From Candidatus Hydrogenedentota bacterium (GTDB lineage: Bacteria > Hydrogenedentota > Hydrogenedentia > Hydrogenedentales > SLHB01), in NCBI GenBank assembly GCA_963674865.2, contig CAXXYE010000001.1, positions 391,089 to 455,088 on the forward strand: a stretch of DNA of 64,000 bases, in the 5' to 3' direction. Every line of letters begins with the position of its first letter. Positions within the stretch are counted from its first letter, which is position 1. Shown piece by piece: positions 38,965 through 49,455 of this stretch. The position numbers were made by a program, and so were the translations under genes. Below the pieces are notes generated by a model. It was not told the DNA's origin, searched no databases, and was given only the letters and a program-made list of their open reading frames with translations.

Positions 38965-40275
38965 TCACCCCCAGTCAAGGAAGGCGTCGTAGATGCCGCG
39001 GACGGCGGCGCCGAGGTCCTTTTCCTCAATACCCACAATGATATTCATTTCGGATGAGCCCTGGTCGATGACACGTATGTTGACGCCGGCGTTGGCGAGG
39101 GCGCCGCAGAGCCGGGATGCCACGCCGACGTGGTGAATCATGCCTTGCCCCACCGTGGCAACGAGCGCCAGCCCCGGTGTGAGAGTGACCCGGTCGGGAT
39201 CGCAGCGACGCTCGATGTTTCTCACGATTGCGGCGCCGTGATGGGCCATCTCCTCGTCGGCGATGATGAGCGAGATCGTGTCGATTCCCGTGGGCATATG
39301 CTCGAAGTTGACACCGTGCTCCTCAAGAATTGTCAAGAGACGCCTGCCAAAGCCGATCTCGTGGTTCATGAGGGTTTTCTCGATAGTAATCATCGTGAAG
39401 CCCGTTTTGCCGGCGATGCCGCACACCGGATGCGTTGCGTCGCGTTTCGACACGATCATGGTACCGGGCTGTTCCGGCTCACGGGTGTTTCGGATATGGA
39501 TGGGTATTCCCGGGGCGCGTACGGGGAAGATCGCCTCGTCGTGCATCACCTTGGCGCCCATGTACGACAACTCGCGCAACTCGGCGTAGGTGATCTCCTC
39601 GATGCGCTTCGCTTCCGGCACCAATTCCGGATCCGTCACGCGGATTCCGTTGACGTCGGTCCAGTTCTCGTACAAGCTCGAACTGGATGCTCGCGCCACG
39701 ATGGCTCCCGTCACGTCGCTTCCGCCGCGTGAGAAGGTCTTGACCCGGCCGTCGGGCAGTGCGCCATAGAAGCCGGGTATAACGAATAGGCCTTCGCCTG
39801 CAAGGCGTTCCGCCAACAGGTCATAAGTCGTCGGGTCCAAGGCACCTTCCTCGTCGAACTTGATGCATTCCGCCGGTTCGATGAATGTCGCACCGAGGAG
39901 TTCGCTGACGAGGCGGCCATTGAGGTATTCGCCCCGCGAGGCCATGAAGTCCGCCTCTCTTTGCCCGACTACCGCCTCGGAAATCTCCGCCAAGTGGCCT
40001 CGCACGTCAAACTGCACCTCGAGCGCTTCCGCCAGTTCAATGAATCGCTGGGCGACCATGTCGGCAGGCTGCGAAGCATCCAGGCCCTGTTTGGCCAAGC
40101 CGTGCCAGGCATATAAGAGGTCGGTGATTTTTTTGTCGTCCCGTGTGCGTTTGCCGGGGGCCGACACGACGATGAAGCGCCTCTCCGAATCGGACTCGAT
40201 GATCTCCTTGACTCGCCGGATACATTCCGCGTCAGCCAAGGAGCTGCCGCCGAACTTGCAGGTGATGCTACTCAT
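38965..40275 (-). CDS. lysC: Aspartate kinase
   Basis: 'KFGGSSL', 'VVSAPGK', 'SRGGSD', 'WTDVNG', ACT domains. Confidence 0.9.
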   Translation of the reverse strand: MSSITCKFGGSSLADAECIRRVKEIIESDSERRFIVVSAPGKRTRDDKKITDLLYAWHGLAKQGLDASQPADMVAQRFIELAEALEVQFDVRGHLAEISEAVVGQREADFMASRGEYLNGRLVSELLGATFIEPAECIKFDEEGALDPTTYDLLAERLAGEGLFVIPGFYGALPDGRVKTFSRGGSDVTGAIVARASSSSLYENWTDVNGIRVTDPELVPEAKRIEEITYAELRELSYMGAKVMHDEAIFPVRAPGIPIHIRNTREPEQPGTMIVSKRDATHPVCGIAGKTGFTMITIEKTLMNHEIGFGRRLLTILEEHGVNFEHMPTGIDTISLIIADEEMAHHGAAIVRNIERRCDPDRVTLTPGLALVATVGQGMIHHVGVASRLCGALANAGVNIRVIDQGSSEMNIIVGIEEKDLGAAVRGIYDAFLDWG

Positions 40276-40381
40276 GATGGGACACGTTTCTCCTATCCTT
40301 CTTCCATGTTTCAAGGCGCCGGGCGCCCACGGGGGCTTCGTGCTGCCGCCCATCCTTTGTGCGCCGGGCCGGGACTCCGAC

Positions 40382-42085
40382 TCAGGGGATGATGCTTTTC
40401 ACCCAGCGATAGACGTCATTATAGGTGACAAAAAGAAACAAGACGAGAATGAGCGCGAGTCCCACCTGCTGGACGCGTTCGAGCACGCGGACGCTAATGG
40501 GCCTCTTACGGATCCTCTCGATGCCCAGGAAGACGAGAAGTCCTCCATCGAGCACGGGCAATGGGAGTAGATTGAGAAAGAAGAGGTTGATGCTGATGAA
40601 GGCCGTCATCTCCAACAGCCAGGAGTAGCCGAGCCGCGCGGCATTCGTCGTGATGCGGTAGATCATAACCGGACCGCCCAAGTCACGGACGCCGAGGCTG
40701 TCGCTGAAGATCAGCTTCATGAGTGTGTCGTAGGTCCTTCGAAGGGCCACGTAGCCTTGATAGAACGCCTCGGGCACGACTTTGAGGGGCGGCATCCGGT
40801 AGAACACCGTCTTCTCGCCCCAGATGATGCCCACCACGTGGGCGGGTGTGACGGGGATGTTCAGGACCTTCTCTTCCGCCTTCTGAAGCAGGCCGTATCC
40901 GATGGCGGGCCGCTCGATCTTCACCTGTATTTCCTCACCCGGGCGGCTCATTTCAAGGTCGCGCATCTTGGCGACGGTGGCAGGCTCGCCATTCACCTCG
41001 ATGATGCGGTCCCTGCGTTGAAGGCCGAGCTCCTCCTTCACTTGCGCGGAGACGCCGGCCACCGTAGGCTGCATTGCTTGCTGCTCCGGCTCTTCCGTAA
41101 AGAGGGGCGGTTCGAAGTAGATGTCCTTGAACCTGCCGACGAGCGTCGGCTCGACATGTAGTGGTAGGCGCTCACCATCGCGTTCCACTTCCAAATCGAG
41201 AGGCTGCGACTCGGCGTTTTCAATGCGTTTCATGAATGTGAGGCTGTCTACGGGCTCGCCATTCATGCTTAGAATTACATCCCCGGGCTCAATACCTGCC
41301 TTCGCGGCGGGCAGGCCCGGGAGCGTGCGGTCGACAAGGGCCGTTTGCCACGGCGCGATGCCTAGCCGGGGCCGCTCCTCGCCCTCGAGCACTCTCGGCC
41401 TGACGGGCGAGTAGAAGCGCGTCGTTGTGCCGTCGGGCGCACGCCGCTCGAGTTCCACGTGCAAGGTGTCCCCGGCGTTCAGCACTGACTCGACGTTGAC
41501 ATCCATGATGTTCGAGATGGCGTGCCCGTTAATCTCAATGATCTCATCTCCCGGGCGCCATCCGATGGCGTCCGGGGGCCCGCTGATGTTTTCGGGGATG
41601 TGGCCGTCCGTCATGGCATAGAGGGGGGCGGTCTCGGCAGGCGCGCCTTCTTCAACCAGGCCGATGGTATTGCAGACTTTGGTTTCCGGCACCCAGGCGC
41701 CCACGGCTGCCACAATCCCGTACAGGACAACACCGAGCACCATATTCATGAAGGGGCCCGCGACAACAACAATGGCCCGCTGCCAGATGGGCCGGCTGCT
41801 GAACCAGCGCTCTTTGGGAACGTGGGCGTATTCTTCTTCCTGCTGCTTCTCGTTCTTGGGGGCGTCCTCTTGGCCCGCCATCTTGACGTAGCCCCCGATG
41901 GGCAGCGCACCCACGCAGTAATCTGTTTCGCCGATGCGGATGCCGAACAGGCGCGGGGGCATTCCCAGACTGAAGCGATCACAGTAGATGCCGCAGGCCT
42001 TTGCGGCGACGAAGTGCCCCAACTCGTGGAAGAAAATCAAGACACCCAAGACAACGGCAAACAAAAGCAAGTCGTAAATCAACAT
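40382..42085 (-). CDS. rseP: RIP metalloprotease RseP with multiple PDZ domains
   Basis: HELGH, 'GGYVKM', 'NLLPLPVLDGG'. Confidence 0.95.
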   Translation of the reverse strand: MLIYDLLLFAVVLGVLIFFHELGHFVAAKACGIYCDRFSLGMPPRLFGIRIGETDYCVGALPIGGYVKMAGQEDAPKNEKQQEEEYAHVPKERWFSSRPIWQRAIVVVAGPFMNMVLGVVLYGIVAAVGAWVPETKVCNTIGLVEEGAPAETAPLYAMTDGHIPENISGPPDAIGWRPGDEIIEINGHAISNIMDVNVESVLNAGDTLHVELERRAPDGTTTRFYSPVRPRVLEGEERPRLGIAPWQTALVDRTLPGLPAAKAGIEPGDVILSMNGEPVDSLTFMKRIENAESQPLDLEVERDGERLPLHVEPTLVGRFKDIYFEPPLFTEEPEQQAMQPTVAGVSAQVKEELGLQRRDRIIEVNGEPATVAKMRDLEMSRPGEEIQVKIERPAIGYGLLQKAEEKVLNIPVTPAHVVGIIWGEKTVFYRMPPLKVVPEAFYQGYVALRRTYDTLMKLIFSDSLGVRDLGGPVMIYRITTNAARLGYSWLLEMTAFISINLFFLNLLPLPVLDGGLLVFLGIERIRKRPISVRVLERVQQVGLALILVLFLFVTYNDVYRWVKSIIP

Positions 42086-42091
42086 TTGTCC

Positions 42092-43246
42092 CTATGCTCC
42101 TAAAGCCGCGACACACTTCTCGGCGGCATATCGTGCCGCGGCGTCGGCCGCCAGGACCGAATCCAAGGTCATCGAGTCATCTGCGGGCAATTGCTCCAGT
42201 ACTTTGCCCACCACATCGGCGATTTGCAGAAAGCCGATGCGCTCCTCACAGAAAGCCGCCACTGCCGCCTCGTTTGCGGCGTTAAGGATGGCCGGGGCCG
42301 TGCCGCCTTGTTGCGCGGCCTCGAGGGCGTGGGCGAGACAGGGGAAGCTGTCAAAGTCCGGCGCGGTAAACGTCAACTCGCGCATCTGGGTGAGATCCAG
42401 CCGCTCCATGGCCGATTCCGCGCGGTGCGGCCACGTCAATGCGAAGAGGATCGGGAACTTCATATCTGTTACACCCATTTGGGCCAGAATACTCCCGTCA
42501 GTAAATTCCACGAGCCCGTGGATGATGCTCTGGGGGTGGATCACCACCCTGACCTTGTCAAGTGGTAGATCAAACAACCACATGGCCTCGATTACTTCCA
42601 GGCCCTTGTTCATGAGCGTCGCGGAGTCGACGCTAATTTTCGCGCCCATGTCCCAGGTTGGGTGCTGCGTGGCCTGGCCGGGCGAGACGTCGCACAGCGT
42701 ATCGCGGTGGCGGTTGTAAAACGGCCCGCCCGAGGCGGTCAAGTGAATGCAGCGCACGTCCGCAGTGTCATGTCCCTCGAGGCACTGAAAAATGGCGTTG
42801 TGCTCGCTGTCAACGGGAAGGACTTCAACACCACGCGCGCGGGCTTCGGCCATGATCAGGCTGCCGGCCATCACCAGAGGCTCTTTATTGGCCAGCGCGA
42901 TTCGATTGCCCGCTTCGATGGCTTTGAGTACTGGTTTGAGGCCTGCGGCGCCCACGTTGGCACACAGCACGATGTCAACGTCCAACACCGCGAGGCGCTC
43001 TAACCCTTCCGGGCCTTGCCAGAGCGTGGTATTCGAACCGGGCAATTCCAGAGTCGAGGCGGCTGCAAGATCAGAGATGGCCACATACGGTGGCTGGAAC
43101 TCCTGAATCTGGTTTGCGAGGAGCGCCGTGTTGGAGTGCGCCGCCAATCCTACGACGTCGAAATCGCCGGGATAGCGCCTGACGACCTCGAGTGCGCTTC
43201 GGCCTATGGAGCCTGTGGAGCCAAGGATGCAAACCCGTTTTGCCAC
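42092..43246 (-). CDS. dxr: 1-deoxy-D-xylulose-5-phosphate reductoisomerase
   Basis: 'LGSTGSIG', 'LANKE', 'PVDSEH', 'TASGGPF', 'NAANE'. Confidence 0.97.
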   Translation of the reverse strand: MAKRVCILGSTGSIGRSALEVVRRYPGDFDVVGLAAHSNTALLANQIQEFQPPYVAISDLAAASTLELPGSNTTLWQGPEGLERLAVLDVDIVLCANVGAAGLKPVLKAIEAGNRIALANKEPLVMAGSLIMAEARARGVEVLPVDSEHNAIFQCLEGHDTADVRCIHLTASGGPFYNRHRDTLCDVSPGQATQHPTWDMGAKISVDSATLMNKGLEVIEAMWLFDLPLDKVRVVIHPQSIIHGLVEFTDGSILAQMGVTDMKFPILFALTWPHRAESAMERLDLTQMRELTFTAPDFDSFPCLAHALEAAQQGGTAPAILNAANEAAVAAFCEERIGFLQIADVVGKVLEQLPADDSMTLDSVLAADAAARYAAEKCVAALGA

Positions 43247-43252
43247 CGGCGA

Positions 43253-45043
43253 CTACTCCTCTTCGGCGCCTTCGAGGGCAAAGTCGGGCCCCAGGCGGGA
43301 CAAATAACGCGTAAGCGCGTTGCTCCGGGCATAGCGGCGATCCAATTGCGCCCTTATCTCTTGCACTGTGGCGAGCGCCAGTATGCGTTGGGCGAATCGG
43401 CGCGCGGACGACATCCTCGTATTGGCAATTTCGGCGCGAACCACGGGGATGGCTACGGAAGACATACTCAGGGCGCGGACCCCGAGGCCCAGGAGCAGCT
43501 CGGTGAAGCGCGGGTCGCCAGCCATCTCACCGCAGATATCACACGGGATCCGGGCTCCCTTTGCGGCCAGGACCGTCTGGCGGATCATGCGCAATACGGC
43601 CGGGTGCGCCGGCTCGTACATATGCGCGATCTTCTCGTTGACGCGGTCTACAGCCAATGAATACTGGATCAAATCGTTTGTGCCGATGCTGAAGAAATCG
43701 CATTCCTCCGCCAGTCGGTCGGCGATCATGACCGCTGAGGGCACCTCGATCATTGTGCCCACGTGCATGTCCTTTCGGAAGGGAACGGAGCGCCGTTCGA
43801 GGTCCGCCCGCACCTCGTCCAGTACCTTCCTGACGGTGCGCATTTCGTCCAGGCCGCTGATCATTGGAAACATGATCTTCACGTATCCATGCACACTCGC
43901 GCGAAGAATGGCCCGGAGCTGGGCTTTGAAGATGTCTTGGCGCTCCAGGCAGAAACGAATCGCCCGCCACCCAAGCTGCGGATTCAATTCGGGGGCCATG
44001 TTTAAGTGCGATACGAACTTGTCGCCGCCGAGATCGAGTGTTCTCAGTGTTACGGGATCCGGCTTGACGGCTGCCGCCACGCGTGCGTATGCCTCGAACT
44101 GCTCTTCTTCCGAAGGTAGTGAATCGCGATTGAGGAATAGGTACTCGGTGCGATACAGCCCGACGCCCTGGGCGCGGGCTTTCAGGCTGTGTGCAATCTC
44201 GACGGGTAGCTCGATGTTGGCGCGAATGGGAACCGCGTGGCCGTCCAGGGTGGATGAGACGGCATCTTCCTCGGCCCTGAGCAAGGCTTCCCGCTGGGCC
44301 TCTTGCCGCCTCTTTTTCTGCGTATACTCGGCGAGCGTGGCCTCTTTCGGCCGAATGATGACGATTCCCGCCACGCCATCTAAGATAAGCGGGTCATTCG
44401 GCGTGACGTGGGCGCCCACGTACTTGAGGCCGACAACCGCCGGGATCTCGAGGGCGCGCGCCAGGATCGCCGTGTGCGATGTCGGGCCGCTCAGGTCGGT
44501 GGCGATGCCCAGCGCATTCTCAATGTCGATATTGGCCGTCTCCGAAGGGGAGAGGTCGTGTGCGACCACGATGCTCGGGCGCTCGAGGTGATCGAGGCCG
44601 TCCAACTCCGTGTTGAGCAGCTTGCCGAGGATGCGTGTGCCCACGTCGACGATGTCGGTTGCCCGCTCGCGGATATGAGACTCCTTCGTTTTTTCGAGGG
44701 CCTTCGAGTAGTAAGCCATCAGGTCATCGACTAGGTACTCGACGTTGAGCCTCTCCTCGTTGAGGCGTGTCTCGATTTCCGTGCGCACGGTGACATCATC
44801 GAGAAGCATGAGGTGGGCCGAGAAGATGTTTGCGTGGTGGTCGCCGACCTTACTGACGAGACTGTCTTGAAGGTGGGCCAGTTCCTTTCGGGCTGCCTCA
44901 ATAGCCTTATCGAACCGAGCCATCTCGGCCTCAGTGTCGGTTACTTTGTATTTGGGGATATCGAGACTGCGTACGCCGAAGGTGAGGGCGGGGCCGATGG
45001 CGATGCCAGGGGAGACGCCTATGCCACGCAAGGTGATCTCCAT
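43253..45043 (-). CDS. ptsI: PTS Enzyme I
   Basis: 'TSHTAILAR', 'GLYRTE', 'DLGGDK', 'SIGTNDL', 'CGEMAG'. Confidence 0.96.
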   Translation of the reverse strand: MEITLRGIGVSPGIAIGPALTFGVRSLDIPKYKVTDTEAEMARFDKAIEAARKELAHLQDSLVSKVGDHHANIFSAHLMLLDDVTVRTEIETRLNEERLNVEYLVDDLMAYYSKALEKTKESHIRERATDIVDVGTRILGKLLNTELDGLDHLERPSIVVAHDLSPSETANIDIENALGIATDLSGPTSHTAILARALEIPAVVGLKYVGAHVTPNDPLILDGVAGIVIIRPKEATLAEYTQKKRRQEAQREALLRAEEDAVSSTLDGHAVPIRANIELPVEIAHSLKARAQGVGLYRTEYLFLNRDSLPSEEEQFEAYARVAAAVKPDPVTLRTLDLGGDKFVSHLNMAPELNPQLGWRAIRFCLERQDIFKAQLRAILRASVHGYVKIMFPMISGLDEMRTVRKVLDEVRADLERRSVPFRKDMHVGTMIEVPSAVMIADRLAEECDFFSIGTNDLIQYSLAVDRVNEKIAHMYEPAHPAVLRMIRQTVLAAKGARIPCDICGEMAGDPRFTELLLGLGVRALSMSSVAIPVVRAEIANTRMSSARRFAQRILALATVQEIRAQLDRRYARSNALTRYLSRLGPDFALEGAEEE

Positions 45044-45050
45044 CGTCGTC

Positions 45051-45323
45051 CTATTCCTCCCCGAATCCGGACTCGACAAGGGCACGGACAGCCTCGAGCG
45101 CCTCTTCCGCGTCAGGGCCGTTGCAGGTTACCGTAATCCGACTGCCCTGGCCCGCGGCCAGCGTAAGTAAGCCCATGATGCTCTTGGCGTTAACCTGTTG
45201 GCCATTGCTGTTGAGTTGGACGTCGCTTTCGAACTTGAGCACCGTTTGGACTAGTGCCGCCGCCGGACGCGCGTGCATGCCCAGTGAGTTGACGATCACC
45301 AGTTCGGCGCTGACTTCACCCAT
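45051..45323 (-). CDS. ptsH: Phosphocarrier protein HPr
   Basis: 'GMHARPAA' (His15) and 'NAKSIMG' (Ser46). Confidence 0.95.
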   Translation of the reverse strand: MGEVSAELVIVNSLGMHARPAAALVQTVLKFESDVQLNSNGQQVNAKSIMGLLTLAAGQGSRITVTCNGPDAEEALEAVRALVESGFGEE

Positions 45324-45576
45324 GCTCAACTCCCTGCCATCGTGCGGGGCTTGGCGCCCAAACGGCAGACAGCTCCGCACACGGTTCTATGCTCAAGGCC
45401 CGCCCCCCGATGGTGGGAGCCAGACCCGGCTTTCTCCATCACATACACGCGTATGATACAGAAATGCAAGAAGCGATGCACCTTGTGGGACTCATGTCTT
45501 CGTGCGCACGACTCGTGGGCTGACACTGCAGCGCGGCTGCTCAATAGCGCGGTAAATGAGGGAGATGTCTTCGAAC

Positions 45577-46458
45577 TTACGCCGGATCGCCGGGATCAGA
45601 TAGATCCCGGTGGTGTAGGCGGACATTGGGGCGTATCGTGCGCAAGTAGACGGTGAGGGCGTGCGCAACCGCCACACTGCGATGGCGGCCTCCCGTACAC
45701 CCGACTGCGATGGTTAGGTAGGATTTCGGCTCGGCCTCATAGCGGGGAAGAAGGAACTTCAGAAGTCCCTGGACCCGGTTTATGAACTCGACGCCGTAAG
45801 GGTTTTCGAGTACATAATCGCGCACTTCAGGGTCGTCGCCCGTTCGCGGCCGCAGTTCGGGGTCGTAGTGCGGGTTCGGCAAGAACCGCACGTCGAACAC
45901 GAGGTCGGCCTCTTGAGGCACTCCATGTTTGAAACCGAAAGACAGCACGGTTACCACAAGTTCAGGCCGTTCTCGCGGGCCTGAGAACATGGAGGCGACC
46001 CGTTCGCGGAGTTCAGCTACGGGCGTCGCGCTCGTATCGACTACCAGGTCGGCCCGAGCCCGAATCCGCTCCAAGAGGGCGCGCTCCCGCCGGATCCCCT
46101 CTTCGATGCTCCCTGTCGGGGCGCAGGGATGACGCCGCCGGGACTCGCTGTAGCGGTGGATGAGAACGTCGTCAGAGCTTTCCAAGAAGAGTGTTTCGGC
46201 TCGGACGCCCCACCCTGCCACCATATCCAGGTAGGCGGGCAGATTGGCAAGTCCCTCGGTAGTGCGCGCGTCCACGCACACGGCGACACGTTTCCGATTG
46301 ATCTCCGGTTCGAATACGAGTTCCGAGAACTTGGGAATCAGGGGGGCGGGAAGGTTATCGACGCAGTAGTAGCCAAGATCTTCCAGAAACTGGAGTGCCG
46401 TGCTCTTTCCCGCGCCGGAGAGCCCTGTGACGAGTACAAATCGCGGTGAGTCAGGCAT
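45577..46458 (-). CDS. rapZ: RNase adapter RapZ/YvcJ P-loop protein
   Basis: 'TGLSGAGKS', 'VDNLP', 'SFGFKHG', 'GCTGGRHRSV'. Confidence 0.95.
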   Translation of the reverse strand: MPDSPRFVLVTGLSGAGKSTALQFLEDLGYYCVDNLPAPLIPKFSELVFEPEINRKRVAVCVDARTTEGLANLPAYLDMVAGWGVRAETLFLESSDDVLIHRYSESRRRHPCAPTGSIEEGIRRERALLERIRARADLVVDTSATPVAELRERVASMFSGPRERPELVVTVLSFGFKHGVPQEADLVFDVRFLPNPHYDPELRPRTGDDPEVRDYVLENPYGVEFINRVQGLLKFLLPRYEAEPKSYLTIAVGCTGGRHRSVAVAHALTVYLRTIRPNVRLHHRDLSDPGDPA

Positions 46459-47419
46459 TTCTGCCGTTCATCAGTTTCATGACGCGCTGGTTTAACTGGA
46501 CTGCCGGGTGCACGCCAAGCTCCTTCAACCGGTGATTGAGGGCGGCCACCTCGATGATGATGGCTATATTCCGGCCGGGGCGCACCGGGATCCGCAGGTG
46601 GGGGATCCGCACGCCCAGGAGGTCAACGAACTCCTCCGTGAGTCCCGTCCGGTCGTAATGCGCCTCTCGATCCCATTCTTCGAGTTCGATGACGAGGCCG
46701 ATCTGCTTCGAGTTGCGCACACGCCCCACACCGAATACGCTCTTGATGTCCACGATGCCGACCCCCCGGATCTCCATGTGGTGCTCGACCACGGGGGAAG
46801 TCTCCGCGAAGATAAACTCGTTGCGGCGGCGCTTCAGTGTCACGAAATCGTCGGCCACGAGCCGGTGGCCGCGCTCGACAAGCTCCAGAGCCGTCTCGCT
46901 TTTGCCTATGCCCGGCGCTCCCACGATGAGGCAGCCCACGCCGTAGCAATCCAGCGCCGTGCCGTGAACCGCCGTTTCAGGTGAAAACTCCTCGGCCAAG
47001 AACAGGATGATCTGGCTGATGAGTTCATCCGTGCTTCGCCGCGAGCGGAGAATGGGCATGCCCCACCGGTTGCACGTGTCTATGAATACGCGGTGCGGCG
47101 CCAAGTTGCGGGAGAGTACGAACGCGGGGATCTCGAAAGAGAATATATTGCTGAGTCGGTGTTCGAGTTCCGACACCCGCAACTGCTCCATGTAATGGAT
47201 TTCGGTGTTGCCGAGGATCTGGACGCGGTCGTTGGCGAAGTAGTCTAGGTAGCCGGCGAGGGCCAGGCCGGGGCGGTTCACATCCGCGCTGTATACGGGG
47301 CGCCCGATGCCTTGGAAACCCGCCATGACCTCGAGATCGAGTCCCTCGGCCATCCGGTCGAGGAGACGCGCCACGGCGATACTCTGCTTGCGATTGACGG
47401 GCAGATTCTGTGTATCCAT
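46451..47419 (-). CDS. hprK: HPr kinase/phosphorylase
   Basis: 'RPGLALAG', 'GIGKSETALELVERGHRLVADD', 'MEIRGVGI', 'PVRPGRN'. Confidence 0.97.
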   Translation of the reverse strand: MDTQNLPVNRKQSIAVARLLDRMAEGLDLEVMAGFQGIGRPVYSADVNRPGLALAGYLDYFANDRVQILGNTEIHYMEQLRVSELEHRLSNIFSFEIPAFVLSRNLAPHRVFIDTCNRWGMPILRSRRSTDELISQIILFLAEEFSPETAVHGTALDCYGVGCLIVGAPGIGKSETALELVERGHRLVADDFVTLKRRRNEFIFAETSPVVEHHMEIRGVGIVDIKSVFGVGRVRNSKQIGLVIELEEWDREAHYDRTGLTEEFVDLLGVRIPHLRIPVRPGRNIAIIIEVAALNHRLKELGVHPAVQLNQRVMKLMNGRNA

Positions 47420-47464
47420 GGTTGTTCCCCGGGCATCAGGCCGCCATGGACGCGCGGCCCGGCG

Positions 47465-48034
47465 CTAGAACTTCGGTTCGATAAGACCGTAGGTCCCGTC
47501 ATCTCGTGCATAGATGACGTTTACCTGCTGCGTGTCCGCATTCACGAAGACGATGAACCGATCATCCACCAGCTCCAGCTGCATGGCGGCTTCCTCGACG
47601 TTCATGGGCTTCATCGTCAGTTTCTCGCGGCGCACGATTCGATGGCCGGACGTTGAAGGCTCTTCCTCGGGTGCTTCGGCGACCTCTCCGGCGACCAGTT
47701 CGATCACGCCGTGGTGGTAATCGCGAGTCTCTTTGGCCGTGCGGGGCTGGTGCCGGTTGATGCGGTCCTTGAACTTCCGAACCTGCTTCTCCAGCTTCTC
47801 CAAAACCGCGTCCACGGACGCATACATATCCGGCGAGGATTCCTTGCCGTGGATGCGAATCCCGTTGGCGTGCAGGTTGATCTCGGCGATGTGCCGGTGT
47901 TTCTCAACACTGAGGACGACGTCCGCGTCGATAACCTTGTCAAAATGCCCCTTGAGTTTCCGCAGGGCGTTATCCGTGTACGCTTTCAGGGCATCGGTGA
48001 TTTCCATGTGGCGACCCGTAATCGTCACATTCAT
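47465..48034 (-). CDS. hpf: Ribosome hibernation promoting factor (long HPF)
   Basis: 'ITGRHMEITDA', 'DMYASVD', C-terminal 'KPMNVEEAAMQL...YGLIEP'. Confidence 0.95.
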   Translation of the reverse strand: MNVTITGRHMEITDALKAYTDNALRKLKGHFDKVIDADVVLSVEKHRHIAEINLHANGIRIHGKESSPDMYASVDAVLEKLEKQVRKFKDRINRHQPRTAKETRDYHHGVIELVAGEVAEAPEEEPSTSGHRIVRREKLTMKPMNVEEAAMQLELVDDRFIVFVNADTQQVNVIYARDDGTYGLIEPKF

Positions 48035-48081
48035 AAGCTTCGTAACCTCCGCTGAATACCTCACCTAATTGCTAAACCTTT

Positions 48082-48111
48082 ATGGTAGCACCGCGTGAGC
48101 CTGAGTGTCAA
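48082..48111 (-). promoter_or_regulatory. sigma70 promoter of the hpf-hprK-rapZ operon
   Basis: Minus strand: TTGACA-18 nt-TACCAT with extended -10 TG. Confidence 0.7.
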
Positions 48112-48159
48112 TTTCGCGCTATGTGCAAGGCGTACCTGAAGTTATTGGTTTACAAAGGT

Positions 48160-48849
48160 TTATCTCTCTGTCGCTCGCATGTCGGCCTCGGCCAGGAGGC
48201 TTCCTGCCTCGCCCGCGACGCGCTCAGCCAGCAGCTCGTAGCCGTCGTCGTTCGGATGGATCTGGTCATACATATACTTCGGATTGCCGAACACGCCCGC
48301 CAACGCGTCCTGTACCAGAATGGCGTGCCGCTTCTTGGCAATAGTCTTGAATCCTTTCAGGTAGGGATCGCCGAAGAGTCCGAACCGGCAGTGAACCAGA
48401 ATCACCATGGCCCCCGCATCGACGCACCGGGCGACAATGGCGTCCAGATTGGCGAAAGTCTTTTCTCGAGGGACGCGCTCAAGCAAGTCATTGCCCGTGA
48501 GTTCGATGATGACGAGGCGAGGCGATCGTCGCAAGACATCCCGCTCCAAACGGGCGAGGGCCGCTTCGGTGGTATCGCCGTCGGCCCCTGCATTGATGAC
48601 GGGCCGGTTCAGAAGCGCCGACAAGCGGGCCGGATAGTCATTGCCGCGCCGGGCGCCGTATCCCCGGGTGATGCTGTCGCCGAAACAGATGATGGCTTTC
48701 CCGGATGAATCGAGATTGGCCGCTTTGGCGTAGGGCGTGTCGCATTGCGTGCCGGTGGCCAACAGGAGTGCCAGAAGGGCAACCAAAGGCAGGGAGAACG
48801 ACGCCTGCTTCCCTGTTTCCCGCTCCCATCTTGTTGTGAAACCACTCAT
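48160..48849 (-). CDS. SGNH/GDSL hydrolase (arylesterase), probable lipoprotein
   Basis: 'FGDSIT', 'INAG', 'ELTGND', 'DQIHPN'. Confidence 0.88.
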   Translation of the reverse strand: MSGFTTRWERETGKQASFSLPLVALLALLLATGTQCDTPYAKAANLDSSGKAIICFGDSITRGYGARRGNDYPARLSALLNRPVINAGADGDTTEAALARLERDVLRRSPRLVIIELTGNDLLERVPREKTFANLDAIVARCVDAGAMVILVHCRFGLFGDPYLKGFKTIAKKRHAILVQDALAGVFGNPKYMYDQIHPNDDGYELLAERVAGEAGSLLAEADMRATER

Positions 48850-48937
48850 TACGCTTTCGGAACACGCGGCGTTGTCTTGCTTTATTCCCGGTGTCTTTCT
48901 ATAATGCACCCGGATGGCTCCTTTCGGGAGGGACGCA

Positions 48938-49447
48938 ATGCCCATGCAGACGTTGGCGAAGCGGGAGCGAATTATTGAGGCCGTACGTCACGGCTTCGAG
49001 GGGGATGCCGCCGTCGAATTCATCCATCAGAACGGCTATGCCATGAGCACCGCGGGCATTGCGCGGCATCTCCGTGCGATGGGCGGCCGCGGCAAGATCC
49101 AGGACCTCATTAACGACGGAAAGACCAACCGCCAGGTTCTCGAGATATGCTTTCCCGAGGCCGATCTGTCGGAGGTTCCGTGGGTGGAACCGAGTCAAGG
49201 CGAGCTTTTTCACGCTGAGAGCGAGCCCGTGGGGCCGGTGACGGACGAGGACGAACGCCGGCCTTTGTATGAGACGGCCAAGATCTCGGCCCGCGTTCCC
49301 GCCGACGTATATGAGGCCATCCGCCTTGCGGCGAAAGCAGAGCACAAGAGCCAGAACCAGCTCATTGTCGAGATCCTCACAACCGCTCTTTCCAATATGC
49401 CCGCCGTGTTGGAAGCGGGCGGGCATGATGCCGCCGGCACGGTCTAG
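48938..49447 (+). CDS. Hypothetical DNA-binding protein with C-terminal ribbon-helix-helix
   Basis: 'KISARVPADVYEAIRLAAKAEHKSQNQLIVEIL' fits an Arc/RHH pattern. Confidence 0.65.
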   Translation: MPMQTLAKRERIIEAVRHGFEGDAAVEFIHQNGYAMSTAGIARHLRAMGGRGKIQDLINDGKTNRQVLEICFPEADLSEVPWVEPSQGELFHAESEPVGPVTDEDERRPLYETAKISARVPADVYEAIRLAAKAEHKSQNQLIVEILTTALSNMPAVLEAGGHDAAGTV

Positions 49448-49455
49448 CGGCTCTC

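Noticed and set aside
45324..45576. sRNA or EIIA remnant between rapZ and ptsH
   Set aside because: No recognisable RNA family or protein similarity by eye; only a short palindrome (catacacgcgtatg).
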